Source: Thecamonas trahens ATCC 50062
Lineage: Eukaryota > Protista > Apusomonadida
DNA: 64,000 bases
Assembly: GCF_000142905.1 (NCBI RefSeq)
Contig: NW_013657645.1
Location: 124,001 to 188,000, forward strand
Direction of reading: 5' to 3'
Part shown: piece after piece, positions 11,222-20,138 of the stretch
Position numbering within the stretch: position 1 is the first letter of the stretch
How the letters are laid out: each line of letters starts with the position of its first letter
Notes under the pieces: generated by a model
Databases searched by the model: none
The model's input: only the letters and a program-made list of their open reading frames with translations
What the model was told of the DNA's origin: nothing
Program-made: the position numbers and the translations under genes

Positions 11222-12533
11222 ACTTGGACCACAAGATCGATTTCGACCGAGCAGATGCAGCACTGCCCAGATTGCGACATGACAGCTTCAGCACAGGTCA
11301 TGCAGCATGCAAAGTGGGCCTGTGCGCCATGAACAAAGGCCGCGTTGCGCGGCCGCTCAAAACACATCACACACGCCAGTCGCTGAGCCATCCGACCCGA
11401 GGCTGTCGGCGAGAGAAGATCGTCGACCTCGTCGCCGGTGATGTCTGGCACGGCAAGTGAAGCCGGAGACAGTGTCGGCCGGGGGGCGGCTTGGGCACCG
11501 GCGCGCGCACGCTTCTTGAGCTGAAGCCAAAGGCGGCACTGCCAAAGCCACTACCAAAGCCTGACTGGGTTTTGCACTTGGGCTCATCCCGTTCTCGCTT
11601 CCGTGAGCCAAACCGTCTTGTGCTCACAAACGGGTTCGCGCGCAGACCATCGCTGTCCGACGGCAGAAACGGGTTGCCGAAGCCCGATGTGTTCGAGCTC
11701 GAGGGCAAGGGCGGTGACGGCGAGGTCGTGGACAGCAACGCTTCCGACGGCGGGGGTGGCGGCGGAGGCGGGACTGCGATAGAGCGCCTGGTTCCAGTGG
11801 GCTGGATGATGCGCGCGTTCGGCGACTTGCGGCTCTGGCACATCATGCAGGTGCTGGTGCCGGCGCCGTTGTGGAAAGTACACGTGGCACATGCCCACAT
11901 GACGTTTCCAGAGTCCGCAATAGATAATGCACCAAAGGCCGGCGAGCCGGCGGCTGGCATGGGCGGCGGCAGCGGAGGGCTGGTCAGTTGACGGCGGCCG
12001 CGGCCGCGGTGGCGGACAGCGCAGACCGAGCGCTCGTGGGTCTCGAGGCAGGCTACGCAGCACTCTGCAGCGCAGTACGAGCACTCGATGAGGACCGAGG
12101 CGACAGGCGAGTCGTGCGAGATGAGATCGGCCTGCGGACATATGACCGCGTGGGGAGACGCTCCCGTAGGAGCCGATGCCGAAGACGACGGCGGCGGGAG
12201 GCCAGCCATGTCAAGCTCGGCCATGTGGAGCTGCAGGGCGCGCAAGTCGGAATCTTCGACCAGATCTTCGCCACTGGTTGGCGGTGTCGCCGGAGTAGCG
12301 GCGGCAGCAGCAGCTGCGGTGAACTTGTGCTCCGAGTCCTCCAGCAGGATGGAGGAGGGGATCCAGCCGAGCTGGCCGTCGGGCGCCTGGCAGCGGACAT
12401 AGCCACGGCCCTTGGGGTCCTCGGCCACTATGCGGAGGATGGCGCCACGGGGAACCCTGGCATGGAACTGGGGCAGTCCACAGTACGAATCTGGGTCGTA
12501 CGACGCAATGGTGGAGACAAACCGCGAGGACAT
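11209..12533 (-). CDS. SH3 / Zn-finger / RanBP2-ZnF / MDM2-type RING E3 ligase-like protein (exons 12533-11628, 11520-11209)
   Basis: SH3 (IASYDP..GAILRIV..GYVRCQ..GQLGWIPSSIL), CSYC..HERSVC finger, WACATCTFHN..TCMMC. GTGAGC..CAG phase-0 intron 11627-11521, then CVMCFERPRNAAFVHGAQAHFACCMTCA..CCIC RING at the C-terminus. Confidence 0.8.
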
Positions 12534-12654
12534 GGGCCTGAGGGTCTGGTGGTGGCGGTGGTGATGGTTGTTGTGGTGGTGGTGGTTGTGGTTGTGGCGA
12601 GGAGTGGTGTTCGAAGTTGATTCGAAGGAATGGTCGAAAGGAAAGGGGGACTGG

Positions 12655-12740
12655 GGGGATGGGGATGGGGATGGGGATGGGGATGGGGATGGGGATGGGG
12701 ATGGGGATGGGGATGGGGATGGGGATGGGGATGGGGACGG
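12655..12740. repeat. (GGGGAT)n hexamer microsatellite
   Basis: Direct tandem copies visible between the PTP stop and the SH3-RING start. Confidence 0.9.
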
Positions 12741-12787
12741 ATGGGGGGATGAGGCATGCGTGTGGTGATGGGTGTGGGTGTACATGT

Positions 12788-14251
12788 TCATGTTTGCATG
12801 GTGGTGGGGTTGGTGGAGTCCGCGGGACTGGCGGGGCTGCTGGTGCCCTCGTCATCAAGAAGGTTGGTGATGTAGTTGAGGACAGCGGTGTAGCAGAGCT
12901 CGTACTGCTGCGGCGTCTGGACAAAGTACCGCCGCTGCTTGCGGAGCTCGAGAACGGTGAGCGGGATGGAAACCGTGATGTCCTGCGCCGGCGTGCCGGC
13001 CTCGATCTCGGCGTGGACGTGGCGAAGGATGGCGTCGACAACGACAAACACGCCGGTCCGCCCGACTCCGGCCGAGCAGTGGACCAGAAGCGGGGCTTCG
13101 TCTTCGGTGATGGACGCACTCTCGTCGTCATTGCTATCGTCGTCGAGCGCCGAGTGCGACGACGAACCGTCACTAGTCGCTGCCGCGGGAGTGCCGCTCA
13201 TCCCGCGCGACGCCCACACCTGCTGGATGAGGACGAGGAACTTGGCCGAGTCCTCGGGCACGCCGTGGTCGGGCCACGCCCGAAAGTGAAAGTGCTTGAT
13301 GGTCCGCGTCTCGGCCTCGACACCCGGCCGTCCGTCGACTCGGGTGAGGAGCAGGACGCGGATCTCGGCGCCGGCCTCTGAATCCACCTCGTATGATGCG
13401 GTGGCGATGCGGAATGGGCCGGCGGTGAGCGCGCCGGGACCAAGCGCGGTGCCTGGCGCCGCAGCGGCAGCAGCGGCAGAGCGCGGCGGTGGCCAGTACT
13501 TGTCGGCCTTGATGACCGACGACTCTACAAAGTCGGTGAGCATGACAATGTGCGAGATACCTTCCTGCCAGATGGCAGACCAGTACGCCTCCATCGTCCA
13601 TGGCAGCGGCGCTTGGGCCACAATGTACGCGTCGCGGGCGTCGCGGCCGATGCCCGAAACCTTGGACGCATTGACATAGTCGGTGGCCTCCGAGACGGCC
13701 GCAACGCCAACCATAACCGGAAGAACAGACGGCGAAGTTGCCTCGACAGCATCCGGAGTGAGCGGAGCGTCTGGATCCGGCTCTGCCGGGAGAAGTGGCC
13801 CCGAAGCCGGCGGATCAACCGATGGAGCGAGCTGGTTCAGCCGCAGACGATTTGCATCAAAGGGGATGATGTTGGCATAGCGATTCTTGTAGAGGTTCTC
13901 AGAGGAGAGACCATCGTCTCCGGGACCAGCTTCGCGAAGAAAAGACGACAGCTCAGCAACATGCATGGTGTAGTTGAACTCGTGCTCAAAGCCTGTCGTC
14001 AGCGCACCGTTCTTGCGAACCATCCGAGCCGCCATACGGGTCACTCTCTCGGCCAGTCCTTCCAGCCGTACGCCAGCAAGTCCCGGCTGAGCACGGAGGC
14101 TCTCCATGATGGGTCGGGCACGTCCACTCTTGCGGCTTGCCATACTGTCCTTCCTTGCCTCTTCTCCTGCCGCTTCCCCCTCCTTGCTCCTTCTCTGCCC
14201 GGTCGGTGAGGTGTCCGCTTGCTGCCGCTTCCCGCCACTCTCCCTGTCCAT
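12788..14251 (-). CDS. classical non-receptor protein tyrosine phosphatase
   Basis: KNRYANIIPFD, DYVNAS, YIVAQAP, KADKYWP, WPDHGVP, VHCSAGVGRTG, VQTPQQY. Start codon uncertain (14251 or a downstream Met). Confidence 0.95.
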   Translation of the reverse strand: MDRESGGKRQQADTSPTGQRRSKEGEAAGEEARKDSMASRKSGRARPIMESLRAQPGLAGVRLEGLAERVTRMAARMVRKNGALTTGFEHEFNYTMHVAELSSFLREAGPGDDGLSSENLYKNRYANIIPFDANRLRLNQLAPSVDPPASGPLLPAEPDPDAPLTPDAVEATSPSVLPVMVGVAAVSEATDYVNASKVSGIGRDARDAYIVAQAPLPWTMEAYWSAIWQEGISHIVMLTDFVESSVIKADKYWPPPRSAAAAAAAPGTALGPGALTAGPFRIATASYEVDSEAGAEIRVLLLTRVDGRPGVEAETRTIKHFHFRAWPDHGVPEDSAKFLVLIQQVWASRGMSGTPAAATSDGSSSHSALDDDSNDDESASITEDEAPLLVHCSAGVGRTGVFVVVDAILRHVHAEIEAGTPAQDITVSIPLTVLELRKQRRYFVQTPQQYELCYTAVLNYITNLLDDEGTSSPASPADSTNPTTMQT

Positions 14252-14284
14252 GCATTATTGATGTCTTCAATCGTTCCGTTATTC

Positions 14285-14500
14285 TCCAACGATTAATCGT
14301 TCGATTGGTTCCCCAACGATGGTTTCCCCACGATTGTTTCCCCAACGATTAATCGTTCGATTGGTTCCCTACGATTGTTTCCCCACGATTGTTTCCCCAA
14401 CGATTGATCGTTCGATTGGTTCCCTACGATTGTTTCCCCACGATTGTTTCCCCCAACGATTAATCGTTCGATTGGTTCCCTACGATTGTTTCCCCACGAT
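14285..14500. repeat. tandem repeat of roughly 55-70 nt units with palindromic core AACGATTAATCGTT
   Basis: Four copies of ccaacgatt(a/g)atcgttcgattggttccc interleaved with acgattgtttcccc subunits. Confidence 0.85.
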
Positions 14501-14787
14501 GGTCGTCCCCTCCCTCGCAATATAGTGATTGGTATGGTCATCCGTGATGGCGGCTGCGGCAGGGGGAGGGGGGGGGTCAGGCAACCGGATCGGTGCTGAT
14601 AATAAATAATATAAGCAAATCGCCGCGCCGCGAGGTATTCGCCGCAAAACCCACGCAGATGAGCCGTGACGGAACGATGAGCTCAGATGAGTAGCATCAT
14701 AGATAGAGCGGCAGGAGGGGCAGACAACGCGGTGCGCGTGTGGTGTGAAGTAGACCTGTCTCCAGCTGCCCCCCCCCCAACACTGAC

Positions 14788-16137
14788 ATGGCCAGGCTAC
14801 TGTGCAATGTTGTGGACGTTGCTGTGTGTATGGGTGTGGTGGTGGTGATGGCAGCGAGTGTGGCAGTGGCCAACGGACAGGCTCCGCCGCCGCCTCCGCC
14901 GCCGGACTCGTCATCGCAAGCGAAAACCGATACCATCATCGGAGCTGTCGTTGGCGTTGTTGCTTTCTTGTTCATCTGCTGTCTTTGCATCTGTTGCATT
15001 CGGAGGAAGAAGAAGAGGTCAAAGGGTTCTGTCGAAGATCACCCGCCACAGGATCATGACCACAATGATGATCACAAGCACCATCCAGCTGGCGCTCCCA
15101 TGGCTGATTATCCAGGTGCGCCTGGCTCATCGGCTGCTGCTGCTGGCGGTGCTTCACCGGCAGGTGCTTCCTCGCCTTCGCCGCAGCAGCCGTCGCAGCG
15201 CCCGGACATCGGTGGATCGAACCCGTACGCCCAGCCCATTCCTGGGGCTGGTCCACGTGGCGCAGAGCCACCACCATCGTACGGTGGCAGGGGCAATGGC
15301 GCCAGCACCAGCTCTAGCACTCGCGGCGGTGGCGGCACTGGCAACATGATGGCTGCGGGCGCGGCCGGTGGTGCCGCTGCCGCTCTGATCACTGATCCGA
15401 ACGTCCAGCGTGGCGTCGCGAGCGCTGGTCAGGCTGCTTACGGTGCAGCTGGTCATGTTGGCTCTGGTGCCGTGTCGGCAGGCCAGGCCGCGTACGATGG
15501 TGCGGGTGACGCTGTCAACTACATTGGCGCCAACGCTGGGCCGGGCGCGCAGCAAGTGGGCTCGGCGATCCAGCAAGGGGCAGGCGCGGCGTACGATGGT
15601 GCAGGTGACGCTGTCAACTATATTGGCGCCAACGCTGGGCCGGGCGCGCAACAGGTGGGCTCGGCTGTCCGACAAGGCGCAGGCGCGGCGTACGATGGCG
15701 CGGGCGATGCCATTAACTACATCGGTGCCAACGCTGGGCCGGGCGCGCAACAGGTGGGCTCGGCTGTCCGACAAGGCGCAGGCGCGGCGTATGACGGCGC
15801 AGGCGATGCCATTAACTACATCGGTGCCAACGCTGGGCCGGGCGTGGACCAGATCGGCTCGGTGGTTGGTCAAGGCGCAGGCGCGGCGTATGACGGCGCA
15901 GGCGATGCCATTAACTACATCGGTGCCAACGCTGGGCCGGGCGTGGACCAGATCGGCTCGGTGGTCGGTCAAGGCGCCAGCGTGGCGTTCAACGAGATCT
16001 CCGGCGTCGTATCCTCATCTGGCGTCACGGGAGTGGTGAGCAGCGCCGGAGGCTTTATCTCGGACGCTCTGAGCAGCAACATGATGGATAACGCTGGTGA
16101 CTTGATCTCGGGCGCCCTGGGCAAGATGTTTGGCTAG
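14788..16137 (+). CDS. single-pass membrane protein with Cys-rich juxtamembrane segment, PPxY motif and five 33-aa repeats
   Basis: Signal-like N-terminus, TM IIGAVVGVVAFLFICCLCICCI followed by RRKKKR, PPPSY, and 99-nt repeats with Tyr codons at 15493, 15592, 15691, 15790, 15889. Confidence 0.8.
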   Translation: MARLLCNVVDVAVCMGVVVVMAASVAVANGQAPPPPPPPDSSSQAKTDTIIGAVVGVVAFLFICCLCICCIRRKKKRSKGSVEDHPPQDHDHNDDHKHHPAGAPMADYPGAPGSSAAAAGGASPAGASSPSPQQPSQRPDIGGSNPYAQPIPGAGPRGAEPPPSYGGRGNGASTSSSTRGGGGTGNMMAAGAAGGAAAALITDPNVQRGVASAGQAAYGAAGHVGSGAVSAGQAAYDGAGDAVNYIGANAGPGAQQVGSAIQQGAGAAYDGAGDAVNYIGANAGPGAQQVGSAVRQGAGAAYDGAGDAINYIGANAGPGAQQVGSAVRQGAGAAYDGAGDAINYIGANAGPGVDQIGSVVGQGAGAAYDGAGDAINYIGANAGPGVDQIGSVVGQGASVAFNEISGVVSSSGVTGVVSSAGGFISDALSSNMMDNAGDLISGALGKMFG

Positions 16138-16269
16138 TCGATCTCTGTGCACCCTCCCAAAACAATCCAACCCAATTCTCCCCCCCCCCCCCCCCCTCCC
16201 GTCCGCCACTGTTCGGTGTCTGTTCACCACCGCTGTTTCCCCGCCCGCCCCCCCCCCCGCACCCTCTTA

Positions 16270-19200
16270 ATGGCCCAGTGCAGCCTGGTCCCCACCACGG
16301 GCTTCCGGCACGAGGACCAGCCATGGTACGCACACACACCCATATGTAGACCTGTAGACAGAGGGATGAGTATGAGTATGAGTATGAGGAGGTGGCTGTG
16401 GCTGTGGTGGTGGCTGTGGTGGGCAGGGGGTTGTGGGTCACCTGCCTGTCGCTGACCGTGGGGGTTGGCATGGCTGGCATGAGGATGGGGAGGGAGGGGG
16501 GGGGAGGGGGAGCATGTATGTATGTATGTATGCATGTATGTATGTATATACGTATGTATGTGTGGAAGGGTGGCCATGGTCATGGCCATGGTCATGGATA
16601 CGATACTCACAGTGGTGGCCACTCCCATGGCGCTCCTCCCCATGCCGATCTCCCGACTCTGAACTCCGCTTCCACTTCCGATCCCACTCCCGATCCCGGA
16701 CCCCATACGGATCATCAGCTTCTACTGCCACACATGCAACCTCACTCCGCCTCATGCCATCTGCGCCGCCTGTGCCTCATCCTGCCACGCCTCGCACGAT
16801 GTCCGCCCGTCTTCCCGCGGCTCAAAGCGCTTCTACTGCGATTGCGGCGCCGCAAACCCGGCGTGCTCGCTCTACTCGGGGCCCAAGCGCGGCACCTCGC
16901 TGCCGGCAAACGCCTCGCCGCGCGCTCGCCACATCCATCTCGCCCGCGGCTGCGATGCGCTGCTCCTTCGCGACATCGACGCGCCTTCGGCTGCCGCTGT
17001 CCTTGCTCTTGGCCCCGGTGCCGGCCTTGCGGCTCAGCACGCTCCGCACGTTGCCCGCCTCGGTGCCCACATGCTCGCCGACGCCGTCTCGGCCTTTGAG
17101 CGCATTGCCGCCCTTGAGGGCGTGCTCTCCGTCTCTGTCGCTGTTGACCACACATACTACGCCGTCAACGTCCCGCACGGCGCGCTCTCTGCCGCCCTCG
17201 CCGTTCTTGCCGACATCGCTGCTCCGCTCTCCGCCGACGACCTCTCTCTCCCGCTCGCCCACTACGAGGAGATCGACGCCCCGGTCCACGTCTCCCTTGG
17301 CGCTGCTGCTACTGCCGATCCTCGCTTCCCGCTCGACGCCGTCGTCGACGCCGTCCTCGCCCCTCTCGTTGCCGCAGACCCTGCCGACCTTCCGGGCTCG
17401 GCCCCTCCGCCGCACTCGCTGCCCTCTCCGACGCCCAGCTCTCGTCCACCCTCTCCAACTGGCTCGCCCGCGCCGCAACCTGCCCGCTCTCCCTCACCAT
17501 CCTCTCTCGCTCGCGCCTCAACACAGCCCAAGCACAGCTGTACGCTCGCTTCGCATCGCTCGCCGCGCGCGTCGACCACGACACCGCTCTGCACCACTTT
17601 GCCTCAGCGCTCCCGCATCTCCCATCGCCGTCTGCCCATGCCCTCTTTGTCGATCCGGCCGGCCCGCCTGCCGTCCACTTTTGCTTCCCGCTCCTTGCCC
17701 CGCACACCGACGGCACCCGCGGCTCCCTCGCTCACGACATGATCCTGCATGCCATCAACCACTCTGGGCCAGGCTCGCTCGCTGCCTACCTCCGCGCCCA
17801 CGGCCTCGCCTCGCGCGTCGTCGCCTCGCTCCGCACACAGATCCCACTGGCTCACCTCTGCGGTCGTGCCGTCCTCGCCGTCTCGATCACGCCTGCTGCG
17901 GACCCGCCCAACAGCCCCGACTCGCTCGCCGCCATTGGCTCGGCCCTCTTCACCTACCTTGGCATGCTCGAAGCCGTCGGCCCGCTCCGCTGGATGTGGT
18001 GCGAGCTCCGCGACGCCGCCGCCCGCGACGACGCCGCCTACCTCGACCCACCACCGTCGCCGCTTGACACTGCCGTCCGCATCGCCGTCGCCGCCTTCCA
18101 CCTTCCGCGTCCGGCCCTCGCTCACGTCCTCACCCACAGCCCGCACGCTCTGCACTTTGAACCGGCCCTCGTCTCTGCGCTTCTTGCCGCCTGCACCCCG
18201 GGAAATCTGGTCCTCGCTTCCAACGTTTCCGCTGCAATCCTTGATGCTCAGCCAACCCTCGCCCGCCCGGCCCCACTCTCAGGCACCCGCTACACCACCG
18301 ACATTATCGAGCCGCACTGGTCCGTCATGTGGGAGTTGGCTCGCTCCCGCGGTTCTCTCGTCCTCGCCGGCACGCCCTACAACTCGCCGTCGCCCGACGC
18401 CCGCGCCGCACGCCGCGACGTCATCCTCGCTGCGCTCGACATGACTCACCCGCCGCGCAACCTCTTTGCCGTCACCGCCGCAGAGCTGGAGGAGGACATC
18501 ATCCGCGACCCGCTACCCGAGATTATGCCGGGCTTCCCCTTTGGCGCCGCCCCGCACCACTCGCTCGTCCTCGCGCACTTCCCGCGGACCTCAGCCTACT
18601 CGCTCCCGCGCCTGCACTCGCTCCACGAGGACCGCCATCTCTACCTCGCCCTGCAAGGCGCTGTTGCTCACTCAGACGCAACGCTGCCTCGCACCCGCCT
18701 TCTCGTCGCCGTCCTTGTTCACGCCGCCCGCATCGCAATCGAGCAGGCTCTGGCTTCCGCCTGCGACGCCGGTCTCGTCGTCAACCTGGCCGCCTCGGAC
18801 GCTGGCACTGACATCGTCCTCCACCTCGCTGCGCCCGGCGATATCGTCGCCACAGCCCTCCGTCGCGCCCTTGCTGTCTTAGCTGAACTCAGCCTCACTC
18901 CCCAATCTCTCATCCTCGGCCTTGCTGACCTCCGCGCCGACCTTGCGTCCTCACCGCCGCTCGCAGCCTCGCCCGACGAGCTCACCCGCTTCATGCTCGA
19001 GGGCTTCCTCGGCTCGCCGCGCGGCCCAGCCGCAGGCGTTATGGACCAGCTCGCCATCATCAAGGCCACACTCGAGCCCGACGGAGCACCAGCCTCTGGC
19101 TCGCGCGCGCCGCTCGCTCTCGACGACGTCAACGCCTTCCTCTCTCACACTCTCGCGAGCCCCGCTCGCCTCGTTCTCTTTGGCTACGGCTTTGCCCACG

Positions 19201-20138
19201 ACGTCACAGAAGGCCTCGCTCTCGATGCCGCCGCCCTTGTCCGCGCAGCAGCACACGGCGAGCCTGCGCTGCCACCACCTGCGGATCCTCTTACTCCCCG
19301 CTCGCTCGCCTTTAAGCCCGCCGCTGCAGCCGCTGCCCTCGGCGCGCCCGCGGCCTCGTCTGTTGTCTGGACCGCCACCTCTGGCCTCGCCACCAACGCC
19401 AACAGCGCCTCGTCGGCCATCGCAGCGTTCTGGCACCTTCCGCTCTGCGGGCCGCCCACCGCTGATGACTTTGCGCTTCTCGCCATCGTTGCCGGCCTCC
19501 TCGACGCCACCCTTACCGCCCGCTTTGCTCAACCAGACATGACCGAGCTCGTCGTGTCGCATACAGCCTGGCCCAAGGCTGCCCCAGCTTCACCGGCCTC
19601 GCACACCGTGGTAGGCCTCGCTGTCATGGTCGACACCCGCTCCGATGACCCGGCCGCCCTCGAGTACGTCCTCGCCGCCATCGCTGCCGCCCTCGCCTCC
19701 CTTGCCGCACGCGATGACGGCGTCTCGCAGCTCTCCGCCAACGCCACCCGCTCCGCCGCGAGCCTCGCCCTCCGCGCCATCCCGGCAAGATCCGCCCACC
19801 TCGACGCGTGGACCGCCATTCTCGAGCCGGAGCACGCTACTTGGCTCGCCTCGCTCGACGCCGCCGCCGCCGCCGTCATGCCTGACGAGGCCACCGCCGC
19901 CGCTGAGGCTCTCCTGACCACGCCAGTCCTCGCGGCGCTCGTTGTCCCAAATGCGCCACCGGCCTCGCGCGGCCCGGCTGCCCCGCACATCTTCAATCCT
20001 ATCGAGGTTGCCCACGGGCTCAAGGCCGGTGCGCCGGCCAAGCTCCTCCCCACCGCCACCCCGCACGTGCTCCGCCTCACCTCCATCGCCTCGTTTGTTG
20101 AGCTTGCCTACGGCACCAGCACCAGAGTCGGCGCCTGA
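16270..20138 (+). CDS. UBR-box zinc finger fused to inactive insulinase-like (peptidase M16A) domains (exons 16270-16325, 16719-20138; frameshift near 17400)
   Basis: Spliced: MAQCSL..EDQPCFYCHTCNLTPPHAICAACASSCHASHDV..RFYCDCGA. Then IDE-like segments HIHLARGCDALLLRD..RLGAHML..DHTYYAVNV and LHAINHSGPGSLAAYLR. Confidence 0.72.

Noticed and set aside
15490-15975. ITAM-like tyrosine pairs in the 33-aa repeats
   Set aside because: The tyrosines are not in YxxL/I context.
16392-17099. His/Gly-rich metal-binding ORF (GHGHGHG)
   Set aside because: Lies within the inferred intron 16326-16718 of the UBR gene and in a different frame from the UBR box.
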